The notes beneath the pieces were generated by a model. That model made no database searches, was not told where the DNA came from, and saw only the letters and a program-made list of their open reading frames with translations. Shown in pieces: positions 6,713 to 16,609 of a stretch of 32,000 nucleotides of DNA (position 1 is its first letter; every line of letters starts with the position of its first letter). Source of the stretch: Phascolarctobacterium sp. (GTDB lineage Bacteria; Bacillota; Negativicutes; Acidaminococcales; Acidaminococcaceae); NCBI GenBank assembly GCA_021201965.1, contig JAJQDY010000055.1, positions 8,563 through 40,562 on the forward strand, written 5' to 3'. A program made the position numbers and the translations under genes.

Positions 6713-7860
6713 TCTGTCTCCCCGCCTAATTTTTCAACGGCTTCCGTGAGGGCTTTTGACGGTACCATTGTGTCAAGTCCCTGGGTTTCCGCCGCCGCTT
6801 CCTTATCCGTTTCTCTTTTTATGGCTTCAGCGCTTTCAGCTATGGCCCTATTGGCCTCAAGTTCCTCATGAAGCGGGGCAAGCACCTTTTCAGCGGCTTT
6901 TCCCGCATCCGTGTCTTCGGCGGCTTCCTTTTCCTTCAGCCCTTCTGCATCTTTGCCACTGAAGATGATGCTTTTTGTTTCGGGCTTATAGACATTGAGG
7001 CCTTCCGCTTCCTGTTTTTTGCGTTTCTTATTCTTTTTCCCCGGCTCTTCTTCCTCTTCGCCCTTCGGTTTCGGCAGGGCTTCCTCTAAAAGTTCCTTTT
7101 CCTTTTCCGTTCCCTTTTCGTCTTCCATTTTATCCGTGGCATCTTCAGGTTTTGCGGGAGGGATATAGACCACCATTACCTTGCCGTCTCCGGTCGCAAC
7201 GCTGCCATTGGTCATCCTGAGCACGGCGCCCGCCATGGAATTGCCGTCCTTGGTGACCTTGGCATTACCTAAAAGTTTCAGCACGTCATTTTTCCCCTCA
7301 TAAACCACACGGTCCGCATAGCCGGTCATGCCATGCGCATCGCTTTTTATATTCACGCCGCCGATGGCATTTATGATGCCGCCGTCCTTCATGTTATATG
7401 TTATCTTTTCCGCGGTCACGGTGCTGCCGTCAGCGTCCGTAAGGCTTGCCCAGCCACCCGAAGTCTCGGCGAATTCCCTGTCGCTGTAGTAGTCGACCCG
7501 CTCCGCCTTTAAAGATTTCCCTTCCTTCGTGAGCATGGCGTTGCCTATGGCCGCAAAATGCTTGTCGCTGTACATGACAAACTTGTCGCAGGCGATATCC
7601 TCATCGCCGCGGTTGGCCACCACGTGCCCTTCAAGGACCCCGAGCATCTTCTTGTTGTCGAATTCCCCGTAGTCCGCTGTCGCAACCCCGTCTTCCCGCA
7701 CCACGACCACATGTCCCGTCGCAATGCCGATACCATTGTCAATATCGTAGTCCAGGGTGTCCGCCGTTACGCTAAAGCCCGCCATGGTGGCCTCCGCACA
7801 GACATGGGATGCGAAAAGCACTGCCGCAAGAAAAAGCAGGATATTCTTTTTATTTAGCAT
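6709..7860 (-). CDS. lptA: LptA/OstA-family periplasmic LPS transport protein with long E/K-rich C-terminal tail
   Basis: Signal peptide is [24 protein letters not shown]. About 200 aa of OstA-like beta-jellyroll repeats follow (ADTLDYD..., A.GNA.L..., AEKITYN..., [10 protein letters not shown]...). Then come about 150 aa of low-complexity E/K/A sequence. ATGA overlap with lptB. Confidence 0.8.
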   Translation of the reverse strand: MLNKKNILLFLAAVLFASHVCAEATMAGFSVTADTLDYDIDNGIGIATGHVVVVREDGVATADYGEFDNKKMLGVLEGHVVANRGDEDIACDKFVMYSDKHFAAIGNAMLTKEGKSLKAERVDYYSDREFAETSGGWASLTDADGSTVTAEKITYNMKDGGIINAIGGVNIKSDAHGMTGYADRVVYEGKNDVLKLLGNAKVTKDGNSMAGAVLRMTNGSVATGDGKVMVVYIPPAKPEDATDKMEDEKGTEKEKELLEEALPKPKGEEEEEPGKKNKKRKKQEAEGLNVYKPETKSIIFSGKDAEGLKEKEAAEDTDAGKAAEKVLAPLHEELEANRAIAESAEAIKRETDKEAAAETQGLDTMVPSKALTEAVEKLGGETE

Positions 7861-8404
7861 TGAGACCTACCTCCTCAAGTTTTGCATTGCCTTCCATCTT
7901 AAGGTTCTTGAATGCGCTGGTGGTGGTCGCCTTATCCCCAGATACCAGCCAGCCATCCCTGTAGAGCCTGACGTTTCCCTCTGCCGTTATGATTTCCTTT
8001 TTGTCATTCCAGGTGGCCTTGTCTGCGATGAGCTTGCCTCCCGTGGGAAGGACCGCATCCACGTTCCCTTCAAGGATGAAATCGTTGCTCTTTTTAAAGA
8101 GCGTCCCCCTGTCCCCGGTGACGTCTATGAAACTGCCGTCAGAGCGGAAGACACTTCCCTTCACGCCTTTCATGAGGGTCTTGTTGCCTTCCTCCACCGC
8201 CTCGGCGACGGTGAATTCCCATATCTTTTTCCCGTCCCTGTCGCGGTTAAAGACGCTGTTGATCACGGTGGCCTTGACATCCCCCGCATTTTCTTTGACG
8301 ACGATGTTTTCCGGCGCGCTGCCGCCGAACATCAGCCACGCAAGGATGGCTGCGGCTATAACAAGCGCCGCTATGATGGAAGTTATGACGGTCTTCCTAT
8401 TCAT
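7850..8404 (-). CDS. lptC: LPS export periplasmic/IM-anchored protein LptC
   Basis: It has an N-terminal TM anchor (VITSIIAALVIAAAILAWLMF) and an OstA-like fold pattern (...ADKATWNDKKEIITAEGNVRL...). It is 184 aa and sits immediately upstream of lptA. Confidence 0.8.
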   Translation of the reverse strand: MNRKTVITSIIAALVIAAAILAWLMFGGSAPENIVVKENAGDVKATVINSVFNRDRDGKKIWEFTVAEAVEEGNKTLMKGVKGSVFRSDGSFIDVTGDRGTLFKKSNDFILEGNVDAVLPTGGKLIADKATWNDKKEIITAEGNVRLYRDGWLVSGDKATTTSAFKNLKMEGNAKLEEVGLNAK

Positions 8405-9284
8405 CCTTAACCTCCGGGCCAGTATACGGGGTATTCCAGCGGTGCTGGAACCACATCCAGCTATCCGGGTACTCTTTTATTACCTTTTCCACTTCCTGGG
8501 TCATCTTAAGGGTCACGTTATAGTCATCGGCAACGGTATCGCCGGTATTTTCATATCTTATGGGGTCTTTCACTATTACCTGGTGGCCGCAGTCTCCCGG
8601 CATTCTTACGATGAAAATCGGTATTATAGGGGCGTTAAACTTCCTTGCAAAGTATGCGGGCCCCCTCGGGGTTGATGCCATTTTCCCGAGGAAGGGCACG
8701 AAAATTCCTTCCTCGCCACCGTCCTGATCGGCAATGAGCCCGAGCATCCTGCCTTTTTTCATGGCGCTGGCGCAGCCTAAAATCTCCCTGGTGCCCCGGG
8801 AAAAAATTTCCTGGCCCACACCGGTGCGCAGTTCGTTCATAAAGTCGCTGTATACCCTGTTCGGCTGCGGTTTTTCCACGACAGAAAGGGGAAAACCGTA
8901 AAGGGCAAGGGCGGCCCCGAGCCACTCCCAGTTATCCATGTGGCAGGCCACCATGACAACGCCATGCCCTTCGCTGAGGACTTCCCAGAGAACGTCCTCT
9001 CTGTCAAATGTCACGAGCCCCCTTATGTTGTCCTTGTTTAAGGCCGGCATGTAGAGCATTTCCATAAATGTCATGCCGAGGTTCATAAAGAGGGAATTTA
9101 TTGTTTTCTGTGCCTTAGCACCGTCATATCCGAGACGTTCCATTATGGTTTCCTCGGCGCGAATCCTCTGCTTTTTCGCAATCATGTGGTAGAGGTGTCC
9201 GGCGCCCTTTCCCAAGGCTATGGCAGCCTTGTAGGGCAGCCAGGAAATGACCGTGCTGAGTGTCTTAAGCACGAAGTTGGGCAT
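8397..9284 (-). CDS. lipid A late acyltransferase, LpxL/LpxM (HtrB/MsbB) family
   Basis: The catalytic H(x)4E box is ACHMDNWEW. It also has ...IADQDGG... and an N-terminal hydrophobic anchor, and is 295 aa. Confidence 0.8.
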   Translation of the reverse strand: MPNFVLKTLSTVISWLPYKAAIALGKGAGHLYHMIAKKQRIRAEETIMERLGYDGAKAQKTINSLFMNLGMTFMEMLYMPALNKDNIRGLVTFDREDVLWEVLSEGHGVVMVACHMDNWEWLGAALALYGFPLSVVEKPQPNRVYSDFMNELRTGVGQEIFSRGTREILGCASAMKKGRMLGLIADQDGGEEGIFVPFLGKMASTPRGPAYFARKFNAPIIPIFIVRMPGDCGHQVIVKDPIRYENTGDTVADDYNVTLKMTQEVEKVIKEYPDSWMWFQHRWNTPYTGPEVKDE

Positions 9285-9817
9285 TACTGTCTGTCCCCCT
9301 GTCCGTTGGTCATGTAGGATTCAACTATCCCTTCCCATTTCCCCTGTTCATTTAAGATCATTTCAATGGCCTCCCGCACGGCGCCGTGGCCGCCGCGGCT
9401 CTTTAAATGGTAGTCCGCATGGAGGATTACTTCCTTTGCCGCATCCTGCGGAGCAAAGGCGATGTCCGTTGCGCAGAACGCCGGAAGGTCGTTTAAGTCA
9501 TCGCCCATATAGGCGACTTCCCCCTTTTCAAGTCCCATCCAGCTGATAAGATCCGTCACGGCTTCATATTTATCCGTAACGCCGTCGGAGCAGATCCCAA
9601 TGCCGAGGTCTTCCGCACGCTGGTGGACTATTTCCCCTGTACGCACCATGACTAGTAGCACCTGGACCCCGTTCCGCATGGCGGCAGAAATGCCAAGCCC
9701 GTCCTTCACGTCAAAGCTCTTAAAGTATTCCACTTCGCCGCCGGTGTGGCTGTGCCCGTCGGTCAGGACCCAGTCAACATCAAGGATCAACAGTTTGATT
9801 TTCTTCAGGTTATCCAT
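9284..9817 (-). CDS. kdsC: Kdo-8-phosphate phosphatase KdsC (HAD-IIIA)
   Basis: It has LLILDVDWVLTDG (HAD motif I), FDVKDGLGI, YMGDDLNDLP and GGHGAVRE. It is 177 aa. Confidence 0.88.
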   Translation of the reverse strand: MDNLKKIKLLILDVDWVLTDGHSHTGGEVEYFKSFDVKDGLGISAAMRNGVQVLLVMVRTGEIVHQRAEDLGIGICSDGVTDKYEAVTDLISWMGLEKGEVAYMGDDLNDLPAFCATDIAFAPQDAAKEVILHADYHLKSRGGHGAVREAIEMILNEQGKWEGIVESYMTNGQGDRQ

Positions 9818-10788
9818 TATACAACTCCCTGCCTTACAAGATCCGTCATATGGAGCAGCCCTATGACTTTCTTTTCCTCATCTATTACGGGAAGCACGGT
9901 TATGAGTTTCGGGTGATTGCTTTCCATAATATGCAGCGCTGCTGCCGCAAGTTTATCCTGTGTTATGGTCTTGGGTTTCGTTGTCATAAGTTCCGTAACG
10001 GGACGCTTCAGGAAATCCACGCCCTTACTCAATCCCCTGCGGATGTCGCCATCGGTCAGGACTCCGATCATTTTTCCCGTATCGTCAACGACGGATACGG
10101 CGCCGAGCCCCTTGTCCGTTATGACAAAAAGCGCCTCCTGGACCGTGGTCTCCCCTTTTACCACCGGGTTCTCGTCGCCCATGTGCATGATATCCCCCAC
10201 CGTGAGGAGGAGCTTCCTGCCGAGGGATCCGCCCGGATGGAAGACCGCGAACTGTTTGGCCGTGAAATTATGCTTTTTGAGCAGTGCAAGCGCCAGGGCA
10301 TCGCCATAGGCAAGGGTCGACGTGCTGCTGCTCGTCGGGGTAAGCCCTAAGGGGCAGGCCTCCTTCGTAATGCCGATGTTAAGTACCACGTCGGCATTTT
10401 TTGCAAGGGTCGACGTGTTGCTTCCCACCATGACAATTATTTTCGCACCTATCCTCCTTATGGAGGGAAGGATGTTTAAAATTTCCCTCGTCTCGCCGCT
10501 ATTAGAGAGGGCTATTACAACGTCGTTCACTGTGACCATCCCGAGATCGCCGTGGATCCCTTCCGCCGGATGCAGGTAAAAGGACGGCGTACCGGTACTT
10601 GCAAGTGTGGCGGCTATTTTCCGCCCCACAAGGCCCGATTTTCCCATGCCGGTCACGATTACGCGGCCGTGGCAGGAAAGGATCATTTCCACCGCGGCGG
10701 CGAAATTTTCGTCAATGCGCGGGATAAGTTCCATTATCGCCTCGGCCTCAAGCCGCAGCACTTCTTTTGCGTGTTCTAGCATTTCCAC
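9817..10788 (-). CDS. kdsD: arabinose-5-phosphate isomerase KdsD (SIS + 2 CBS)
   Basis: It has GRVIVTGMGKSG, ...HPAEGIHGDLGM..., ...SNSGET... and a C-terminal CBS pair. It is 323 aa. Confidence 0.92.
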   Translation of the reverse strand: MEMLEHAKEVLRLEAEAIMELIPRIDENFAAAVEMILSCHGRVIVTGMGKSGLVGRKIAATLASTGTPSFYLHPAEGIHGDLGMVTVNDVVIALSNSGETREILNILPSIRRIGAKIIVMVGSNTSTLAKNADVVLNIGITKEACPLGLTPTSSSTSTLAYGDALALALLKKHNFTAKQFAVFHPGGSLGRKLLLTVGDIMHMGDENPVVKGETTVQEALFVITDKGLGAVSVVDDTGKMIGVLTDGDIRRGLSKGVDFLKRPVTELMTTKPKTITQDKLAAAALHIMESNHPKLITVLPVIDEEKKVIGLLHMTDLVRQGVV

Positions 10789-10795
10789 ACTTCCT

Positions 10796-11614
10796 TTAAC
10801 TGCGTACTATCCTGTCTATGGCAAGGACATCCTCAAGGAGTTTTTTGAGGTCGTCCAGTTTTACCATGTTGGGCCCGTCAGAGAGCGCCTCTTCCGGGTT
10901 ATCGTGTACTTCAAGGAAAAGGGCGTCTATGCCGACGGCAGCCGCCGCCCGCGTAATATGCGGCACGTACTTGCTCTGCCCGCCGTTTTTTGCGCCGTCA
11001 CCGCCCGGGGTCTGCACGCTATGGGTTGCGTCCATGACTACGGGGTAACCGATTTCGCGCATGATGGCAATGCCGCGCATGTCGTTTATGAGGGTGTTGT
11101 AGCCGTATGTCACGCCCCTCTCGCATAGCATAAGGTTTTCATTCCCCGCTTCCTCAACCTTTTTCACCACGTTCACCATGTCCCACGGTGCTAGAAACTG
11201 ACCTTTTTTCACGTTAACGGTCCTGCCGGTCTTTGCCACGGCATAGATGAGGTCCGTCTGGCGCGAAAGGAATGCCGGAATCTGCAGGATGTCCGCAACT
11301 TCCGCCGCCTTCTCCGCCTGCCATGGTTCGTGTACGTCAGTAACAACGGGGACTTTCAGTTCCTCCTTGATCTTCGCGAGGATCTTAAGCCCGAGATCAA
11401 TGCCGGGCCCCCTGAATGACGTAAAGGATGAGCGGTTCGCCTTATCAAATGACGCCTTGAACACATAAGGTATTTTAAGTTCATCGCAGATTGCCTTGAC
11501 CATTTTGCCTATGGCAAGACTCCTTTCATAGCCTTCAAGGACGCAGGGTCCTGCCATGAGCATTAAAGGCTGTCCTTCGCCTACGCGGTATGGGCCGACT
11601 TTTACTATATGCAT
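10796..11614 (-). CDS. kdsA: 3-deoxy-8-phosphooctulonate (Kdo8P) synthase KdsA
   Basis: PYVFKASFDKANRSS, VTDVHE, QIPAFLSRQTDL and VNVKKGQF are near-identical to the E. coli KdsA motifs. Confidence 0.95.
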   Translation of the reverse strand: MHIVKVGPYRVGEGQPLMLMAGPCVLEGYERSLAIGKMVKAICDELKIPYVFKASFDKANRSSFTSFRGPGIDLGLKILAKIKEELKVPVVTDVHEPWQAEKAAEVADILQIPAFLSRQTDLIYAVAKTGRTVNVKKGQFLAPWDMVNVVKKVEEAGNENLMLCERGVTYGYNTLINDMRGIAIMREIGYPVVMDATHSVQTPGGDGAKNGGQSKYVPHITRAAAAVGIDALFLEVHDNPEEALSDGPNMVKLDDLKKLLEDVLAIDRIVRS

Positions 11615-11623
11615 AATTTCCTC

Positions 11624-12352
11624 CTATTTTCTGCTTTTCTTCATGAGTTTGTTTACTGCTGCAAGGTCTTCCGGCGTATCGACGCCGATTCCCTGGAAAT
11701 TGCTTTCCAGGACCTTTATCTTGTAACCGTTTTCCAGCGCCCTCAGCTGCTCCAGGCCTTCCACCCTTTCAAGGGGTGTCGGCGCAAGGGCTGCGTATTT
11801 TAAGAGGAAGCTCCTCCTGTAAGCATAGATCCCGACGTGCTTGTAGATTTTAAGGCACTCCGTCTTGTTCCTCGGATACGGGATAAGGCTCCTTGAAAAA
11901 TAGAGGGCATAGCCTTTTGAATCCGTCACCACTTTTACCACCGCGGGATTATTATAGTCCTCTTCCTTCATGACCACCTTCATGGTGGCCATGTCGATGC
12001 CGTCCTCGAACGCATCTGCCAGGCGGTCTATTATTTCAGGCGGGATCATGGATTCATCGCCCTGGACGTTTACTATGATGTCAACGTCCGGATACATGAG
12101 CGCAACTTCCGCAATCCTGTCCGTGCCGCTCGGATGGTCCGGTGACGTAAGGACCGCCTTTCCCCCGAATTTTAGGACCGCCGCCTCGACAAGCCCACTG
12201 TCCGTCGCGACAACGACTTCACTGGGGCGCTTTGCCTTCACGGCCTGTTCGTAGACATGCTGAATCATGGGTTTTCCCGCAATATCCGCCAGGGGTTTCC
12301 CTGGAAACCTTGCCGACTCATAGCGGGCCGGGATTACGCATAATACCTTCAT
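11624..12352 (-). CDS. kdsB: CMP-Kdo synthetase KdsB
   Basis: It has VIPARYESARFPGKPL and NVQGDES, is 242 aa, and is adjacent to kdsA. Confidence 0.93.
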   Translation of the reverse strand: MKVLCVIPARYESARFPGKPLADIAGKPMIQHVYEQAVKAKRPSEVVVATDSGLVEAAVLKFGGKAVLTSPDHPSGTDRIAEVALMYPDVDIIVNVQGDESMIPPEIIDRLADAFEDGIDMATMKVVMKEEDYNNPAVVKVVTDSKGYALYFSRSLIPYPRNKTECLKIYKHVGIYAYRRSFLLKYAALAPTPLERVEGLEQLRALENGYKIKVLESNFQGIGVDTPEDLAAVNKLMKKSRK

Positions 12353-12358
12353 TACAGT

Positions 12359-14872
12359 TTACACCTTCCTTATGGCACCGACCACGCATTCCTTGAATTC
12401 CTCCATGCCGTCGGTGATGCGAATATCCATGTTTAATATGTAAAGCGGTATCTCCCTGTCGGAATAGATGAATTCCGTCGGGATCTTAACCGCATCCTTG
12501 GCAGTCGTTACCATGGCGACCACGTTTTCCCCGCTTGCCCGGTCGCTTATGTACTGCATCTCGACCATGCCGTAGTCATGATGGTCGGGGTAGCGTACGG
12601 CTTCCTGGATCTTGAGCCCTATGCTGACGAGTGTCTGTTCAAAGGAGAAGGGATTGCCTATGGCGGAAAATACCATGACATGCTGGCCCATTAAATCGTC
12701 AAGGGCAATGTAGTTATAGGTTATGCCCTTGTACCAGTCGGCAATCTCCATGAAGTTCTTGGGATGGTGGATGCTTTCCATGATGGGGGCGCCCATGTTG
12801 TATTCGGCTATGATGTCGCGCACCTGCACCCGGTTAAAGACGCTGCTCTGGTCCGTCTTGGTAAGGAGGAAGAGGTCCCCCCTGTCAAGGTTCGATATGG
12901 GTTCGCGGAGCGTACCGCTCGGGAGCACGCCGCCGGGGCCGAACATGTTGAGGGTGTCTATGAGCACCACGTCAAGGTCACGCTCCAGCTGCCAGTGCTG
13001 GTAGCCGTCGTCCATGATTATTACTTCGGCGTTGAACTTTTCCACGGCGTATTTTCCCGTCACGGCACGGCTCTTGCCTATTATTACGGGAACGCCGGCA
13101 AGCATCTTCGCCATGAGGTACGCCTCATCGCCTGCCTCATAGGCAGTCATGTAAATCTTGGTGCCGTCGGAAACGACGCCCAGCTCCTTATCCCAGTGTG
13201 AACGGTAGCCACGGTTTAAAATTACGACCCTGTACCCGAGGCTCCTGACAAGATCCGCTACCTTCTGCGCCGTAGGGGTCTTGCCCGTACCGCCTACGGT
13301 AATGTTCCCTATGGAAATAACGCAGCAGGGCAGGCTCTCGGGCCTTAAGAAGCCCATCTTGTACATGTAGAGGTTGCAGGATACGCCGAATTCGTAAAGG
13401 TATGAGAGCATGACGAGGAAGGATACCAGGATCCAGCCCGTAAAGGAGGTCCTCGGCCCGTTCACGATTTCAAATATATACTGGATGATGGCATCGCCGT
13501 GGCGCAGGCGCTCGCCGCCTTTGTCGGTGATGTTCCTCGTGTTGACAGGGTATGCCGGGTATTTCTTGGAAGGGAGTGCCGTAAGTTCAAGAAGCTCCTT
13601 GAGGTAAGCGATACTCTTTACGTCGGCGCCCCTGTTCTCCCTTATTACCTGCATGGATGCCTCGCCCATCTTCTCCCTGCGTGCGTCGTCTTCTATAATG
13701 TCCAAAAGCTCCCCTTCAAGTTCGCTTTCCGTGTGGATCATTTTGCATGCCCCGACTTTGCTGAGGAGCGCATAGGAATCCTTAAAGTTCTGCATGTTGG
13801 GGCCGACGATTATGGGCTTTGCATGGGCCGCCGGCTCAAGGACATTGTGCCCGCCGTGCTTTATGAGGGACCCGCCCACATAGACCACGTCACCCACTGC
13901 GTAGATACGCCCGAGCTCGCCTATGGTATCTATGAGGAGCACGGGATAGGGTTTCCTTTTCCCTTCGAGCATTTTCGACCTGTAGCCTGCCTCATAGCCG
14001 TAAGCCGCCGCAAGGCGCGCGATTTCATCGGATCGCGTCGTTTTACGGGGTGCTATGACGAACCTTGCCTCGGGGTATTTTCCCCTTATGTCGCGGAAGG
14101 CGTCAAGAAGCGCCTTTTCTTCCGTGGGATGTGTGGAGCCCGCGACAATCACCGGATATGCGTCGCCAATTCCCAGTTCCTCCCTGTATTTTTTGAGGTC
14201 TTCCGCCGTAACTTCCGCATAAGTCTGGTCAAATTTAGTGTTGCCGGTAATGAAAATCTTCCTCTTATCGGCGCCGAGGCGCACGATGTAGTCCGCGTCG
14301 ATGCTGGACTGCATGCAGAAACGGCTCACGGTGGAGAGCATGTCATCCCAGATGCTGAAGAGGTAGCGGTAGTTCTTCACGCTGCTTTCGGAGATACGCC
14401 CGTTTACCATCATAACGGGGATGTGCAGCTCCCTTATTGCCCGGAGGAAATTCGGCCACAGCTCCGTCTCAACCGGCATGAAGATGCCGGGCCTTATCCT
14501 TCTTACTATTGATTCGGAAACGAAAGGCAGATCTATCGGGAAGAAGATAATGTCATCCGCCTCGGGGATAATCTGCTTGGCCATGTTATAGCCGCTTACG
14601 GTAAATGCGGATACAAGCACCGGGCGGTCAGGCATTTCCTTCCTTATCTGTTTTACCAAGGGGCCCGTTGCGACAATTTCCCCGACGGACGCACCGTGGA
14701 TCCAGATGCAGTCCCTACCGGCCACGTTCGCTATTTCGTCATCACAGATCCAGCCCATGCTCTGGCGGAAACGGGGCCCGAAGCCCTTTTCCGTTGCCAG
14801 GCGGTACAGGTAGTAGGGAATTACGAGCACAGTGAATACTATTACGACAAGAAAATTATACATAAGATACAT
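12359..14872 (-). CDS. waaA/lpxK: fusion protein: Kdo transferase WaaA (N-terminal, about aa 1-430) + tetraacyldisaccharide 4'-kinase LpxK (C-terminal, about aa 460-837)
   Basis: The N-terminal half has IWIHGASVGE, a GT-B pattern and ...GGSL..HGGHN.LEPAA... (WaaA). The C-terminal half has a hydrophobic helix FTGWILVSFLVMLSYLYEF, then ISIGNITVGGTGKTP (LpxK P-loop), ...LNRGY... and ...MDDGYQH.... It is one uninterrupted 837-codon ORF. Confidence 0.88.
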   Translation of the reverse strand: MYLMYNFLVVIVFTVLVIPYYLYRLATEKGFGPRFRQSMGWICDDEIANVAGRDCIWIHGASVGEIVATGPLVKQIRKEMPDRPVLVSAFTVSGYNMAKQIIPEADDIIFFPIDLPFVSESIVRRIRPGIFMPVETELWPNFLRAIRELHIPVMMVNGRISESSVKNYRYLFSIWDDMLSTVSRFCMQSSIDADYIVRLGADKRKIFITGNTKFDQTYAEVTAEDLKKYREELGIGDAYPVIVAGSTHPTEEKALLDAFRDIRGKYPEARFVIAPRKTTRSDEIARLAAAYGYEAGYRSKMLEGKRKPYPVLLIDTIGELGRIYAVGDVVYVGGSLIKHGGHNVLEPAAHAKPIIVGPNMQNFKDSYALLSKVGACKMIHTESELEGELLDIIEDDARREKMGEASMQVIRENRGADVKSIAYLKELLELTALPSKKYPAYPVNTRNITDKGGERLRHGDAIIQYIFEIVNGPRTSFTGWILVSFLVMLSYLYEFGVSCNLYMYKMGFLRPESLPCCVISIGNITVGGTGKTPTAQKVADLVRSLGYRVVILNRGYRSHWDKELGVVSDGTKIYMTAYEAGDEAYLMAKMLAGVPVIIGKSRAVTGKYAVEKFNAEVIIMDDGYQHWQLERDLDVVLIDTLNMFGPGGVLPSGTLREPISNLDRGDLFLLTKTDQSSVFNRVQVRDIIAEYNMGAPIMESIHHPKNFMEIADWYKGITYNYIALDDLMGQHVMVFSAIGNPFSFEQTLVSIGLKIQEAVRYPDHHDYGMVEMQYISDRASGENVVAMVTTAKDAVKIPTEFIYSDREIPLYILNMDIRITDGMEEFKECVVGAIRKV

Positions 14873-14875
14873 TAA

Positions 14876-16609
14876 TTACTCCTCGCTCTTACTGCTGTAC
14901 TGTATTTCATAGAGGTGGGCATAAAGCCCTCCCCTAGACATAAGCTCGCTATGGGAGCCGTCTTCCGCCATGTGCCCGTTTTCAAGTACGATGATCCTGT
15001 CGGCGTTCTGGATGGTGGAGAGCCTGTGGGAAATGACGAAGGAAGTCCTCCCGACCATGAGCCTGTCAAGGGCTTCCTGCACCACATGTTCGCTCTCGGT
15101 GTCAAGGGCGGACGTGGCCTCATCGAGAATAAGGATCTGGGGATTCTTTAAAATGGCGCGCGCAATGGCAATCCTCTGCCGCTGGCCGCCTGAGATATTG
15201 ACGCCCCTGTCCCCGAGTATGGTCTCATAGCCGTCCGACAGCGCCATGATGAAATCATGGGCGTTCGCCGACTTTGCCGCTTCCACCACTTCTTGCTTCG
15301 TGGCGTCAAGCCTGCCGTAGAGGATATTTTCGAAGACCGTCCCGTTAAAGAGAATGGTCTCCTGAGGCACGATCCCCACCTGTTCCCTGAGGGATGTCAT
15401 GGTGACATTCCTTATATCCCTGCCGTCTATCTTTATGCTTCCTTCCGTCACGTCGTAGAAACGGGGAATGAGGCTTGCGACGGTGGATTTCCCGGCACCG
15501 GATGGGCCTACGAGTGCCACTACCTGGCCGGGTCCTATATTAAACTTAAGGTCCTTTAATACCACTTCATCGCCCGTATAGGCAAAGCTTACGTTATCAA
15601 ATTCCACGTTCCCGCTGATTTTAGGCAGCGGCTCCGCACCGGGCAGGTCCTTTATTTCTTCTTCCATGTCAAACACCGCAAAGACGCGGTCGCCTGCGGC
15701 AAGTGCCTTCTGGATGCCTGCGATTACGCGGGTCAAACGCTTTAAGGGGTTTGCTATATTTACGGCATAAACGAGGAACGCTATAAGCTCGCCCGCCGTA
15801 ATTACGCCGTCAATGACGCTCCTGCCGCCGTACCAGAGGACCACGGTTACGCCGATGGCCGCTATGAATTCCACCATCGGGGTCAGCGTGGAGGAGAGCC
15901 TTATGTTTTTCATGTTGGCGGAAAAATTCGCCCTGTTCTGCCTTTCGAAACGGTCTATCTCATAATCCTCGCGCACGAAGGATTTCACGATGCGGGTCGA
16001 TGACACCACTTCCTGGAGCACTGCGGTAAGTTCTGCCGTACATTCCTGGATCCTGCCGCCTGAAAGCCTTATCTTCTTGCCGAAAAAGTCCATGAACCAG
16101 AGGACCACTGGGAATGTGCAGAAAGTGAGCAGAGTAAGTCTCCAGTTCAGCCAGAGCATGGCACAGATGCTGCCTACAAGGATCAGGCCCTCCGTCACCA
16201 TCTCCACCGCTTTTTCGACAAGCGCCACCTGCAGCGCCGTAACGTCGTTGGTCGCATAGCTCATGATGGTGCCCGTCTTGTTTTTATCGTAATAGGAAAG
16301 GCTCATTTTCTGCAGTTTGCGGAAAATGTCGGCCCTGATGTCTATGACCGCCTTCTGCCCCACCCAGCTCATAAGGTAATGCTGACCGTAGAAGAAGAAC
16401 CCGCGGACGATAAAGACTAAAATGATGCTTGCCGAAATAAGGTTCAGCTTCATCATGTCCTTATCGACGAGAACCTCATCCACGACATCCTTTATGATCC
16501 AGGGAAGATAAAGGTTGCAGGCCGCCGCCACGATGGTGCAGACAATCGCCATGCAGAGGCGGAAGGCATATGGTCTTATGTACTGTAAAAGACGCAAGTA
16601 GGAATTCAT
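14876..16609 (-). CDS. msbA: lipid A/LPS flippase ABC transporter MsbA (permease + ATPase)
   Basis: It has a 6-TM exporter domain, then Walker A GPSGAGKST, signature ISGGQRQRIAIARA and Walker B LILDEATSALD. It is 577 aa and lies inside the lpx cluster. Confidence 0.88.
   Translation of the reverse strand: MNSYLRLLQYIRPYAFRLCMAIVCTIVAAACNLYLPWIIKDVVDEVLVDKDMMKLNLISASIILVFIVRGFFFYGQHYLMSWVGQKAVIDIRADIFRKLQKMSLSYYDKNKTGTIMSYATNDVTALQVALVEKAVEMVTEGLILVGSICAMLWLNWRLTLLTFCTFPVVLWFMDFFGKKIRLSGGRIQECTAELTAVLQEVVSSTRIVKSFVREDYEIDRFERQNRANFSANMKNIRLSSTLTPMVEFIAAIGVTVVLWYGGRSVIDGVITAGELIAFLVYAVNIANPLKRLTRVIAGIQKALAAGDRVFAVFDMEEEIKDLPGAEPLPKISGNVEFDNVSFAYTGDEVVLKDLKFNIGPGQVVALVGPSGAGKSTVASLIPRFYDVTEGSIKIDGRDIRNVTMTSLREQVGIVPQETILFNGTVFENILYGRLDATKQEVVEAAKSANAHDFIMALSDGYETILGDRGVNISGGQRQRIAIARAILKNPQILILDEATSALDTESEHVVQEALDRLMVGRTSFVISHRLSTIQNADRIIVLENGHMAEDGSHSELMSRGGLYAHLYEIQYSSKSEE

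Noticed and set aside
9284-9817. KdsC HAD motif I reads DVDWV instead of the usual DVDGV, which could suggest inactivation.
   Set aside because: The changed residue is the variable x of DxDx(T/V). Both catalytic Asp residues and the later GDDxND motif are intact.
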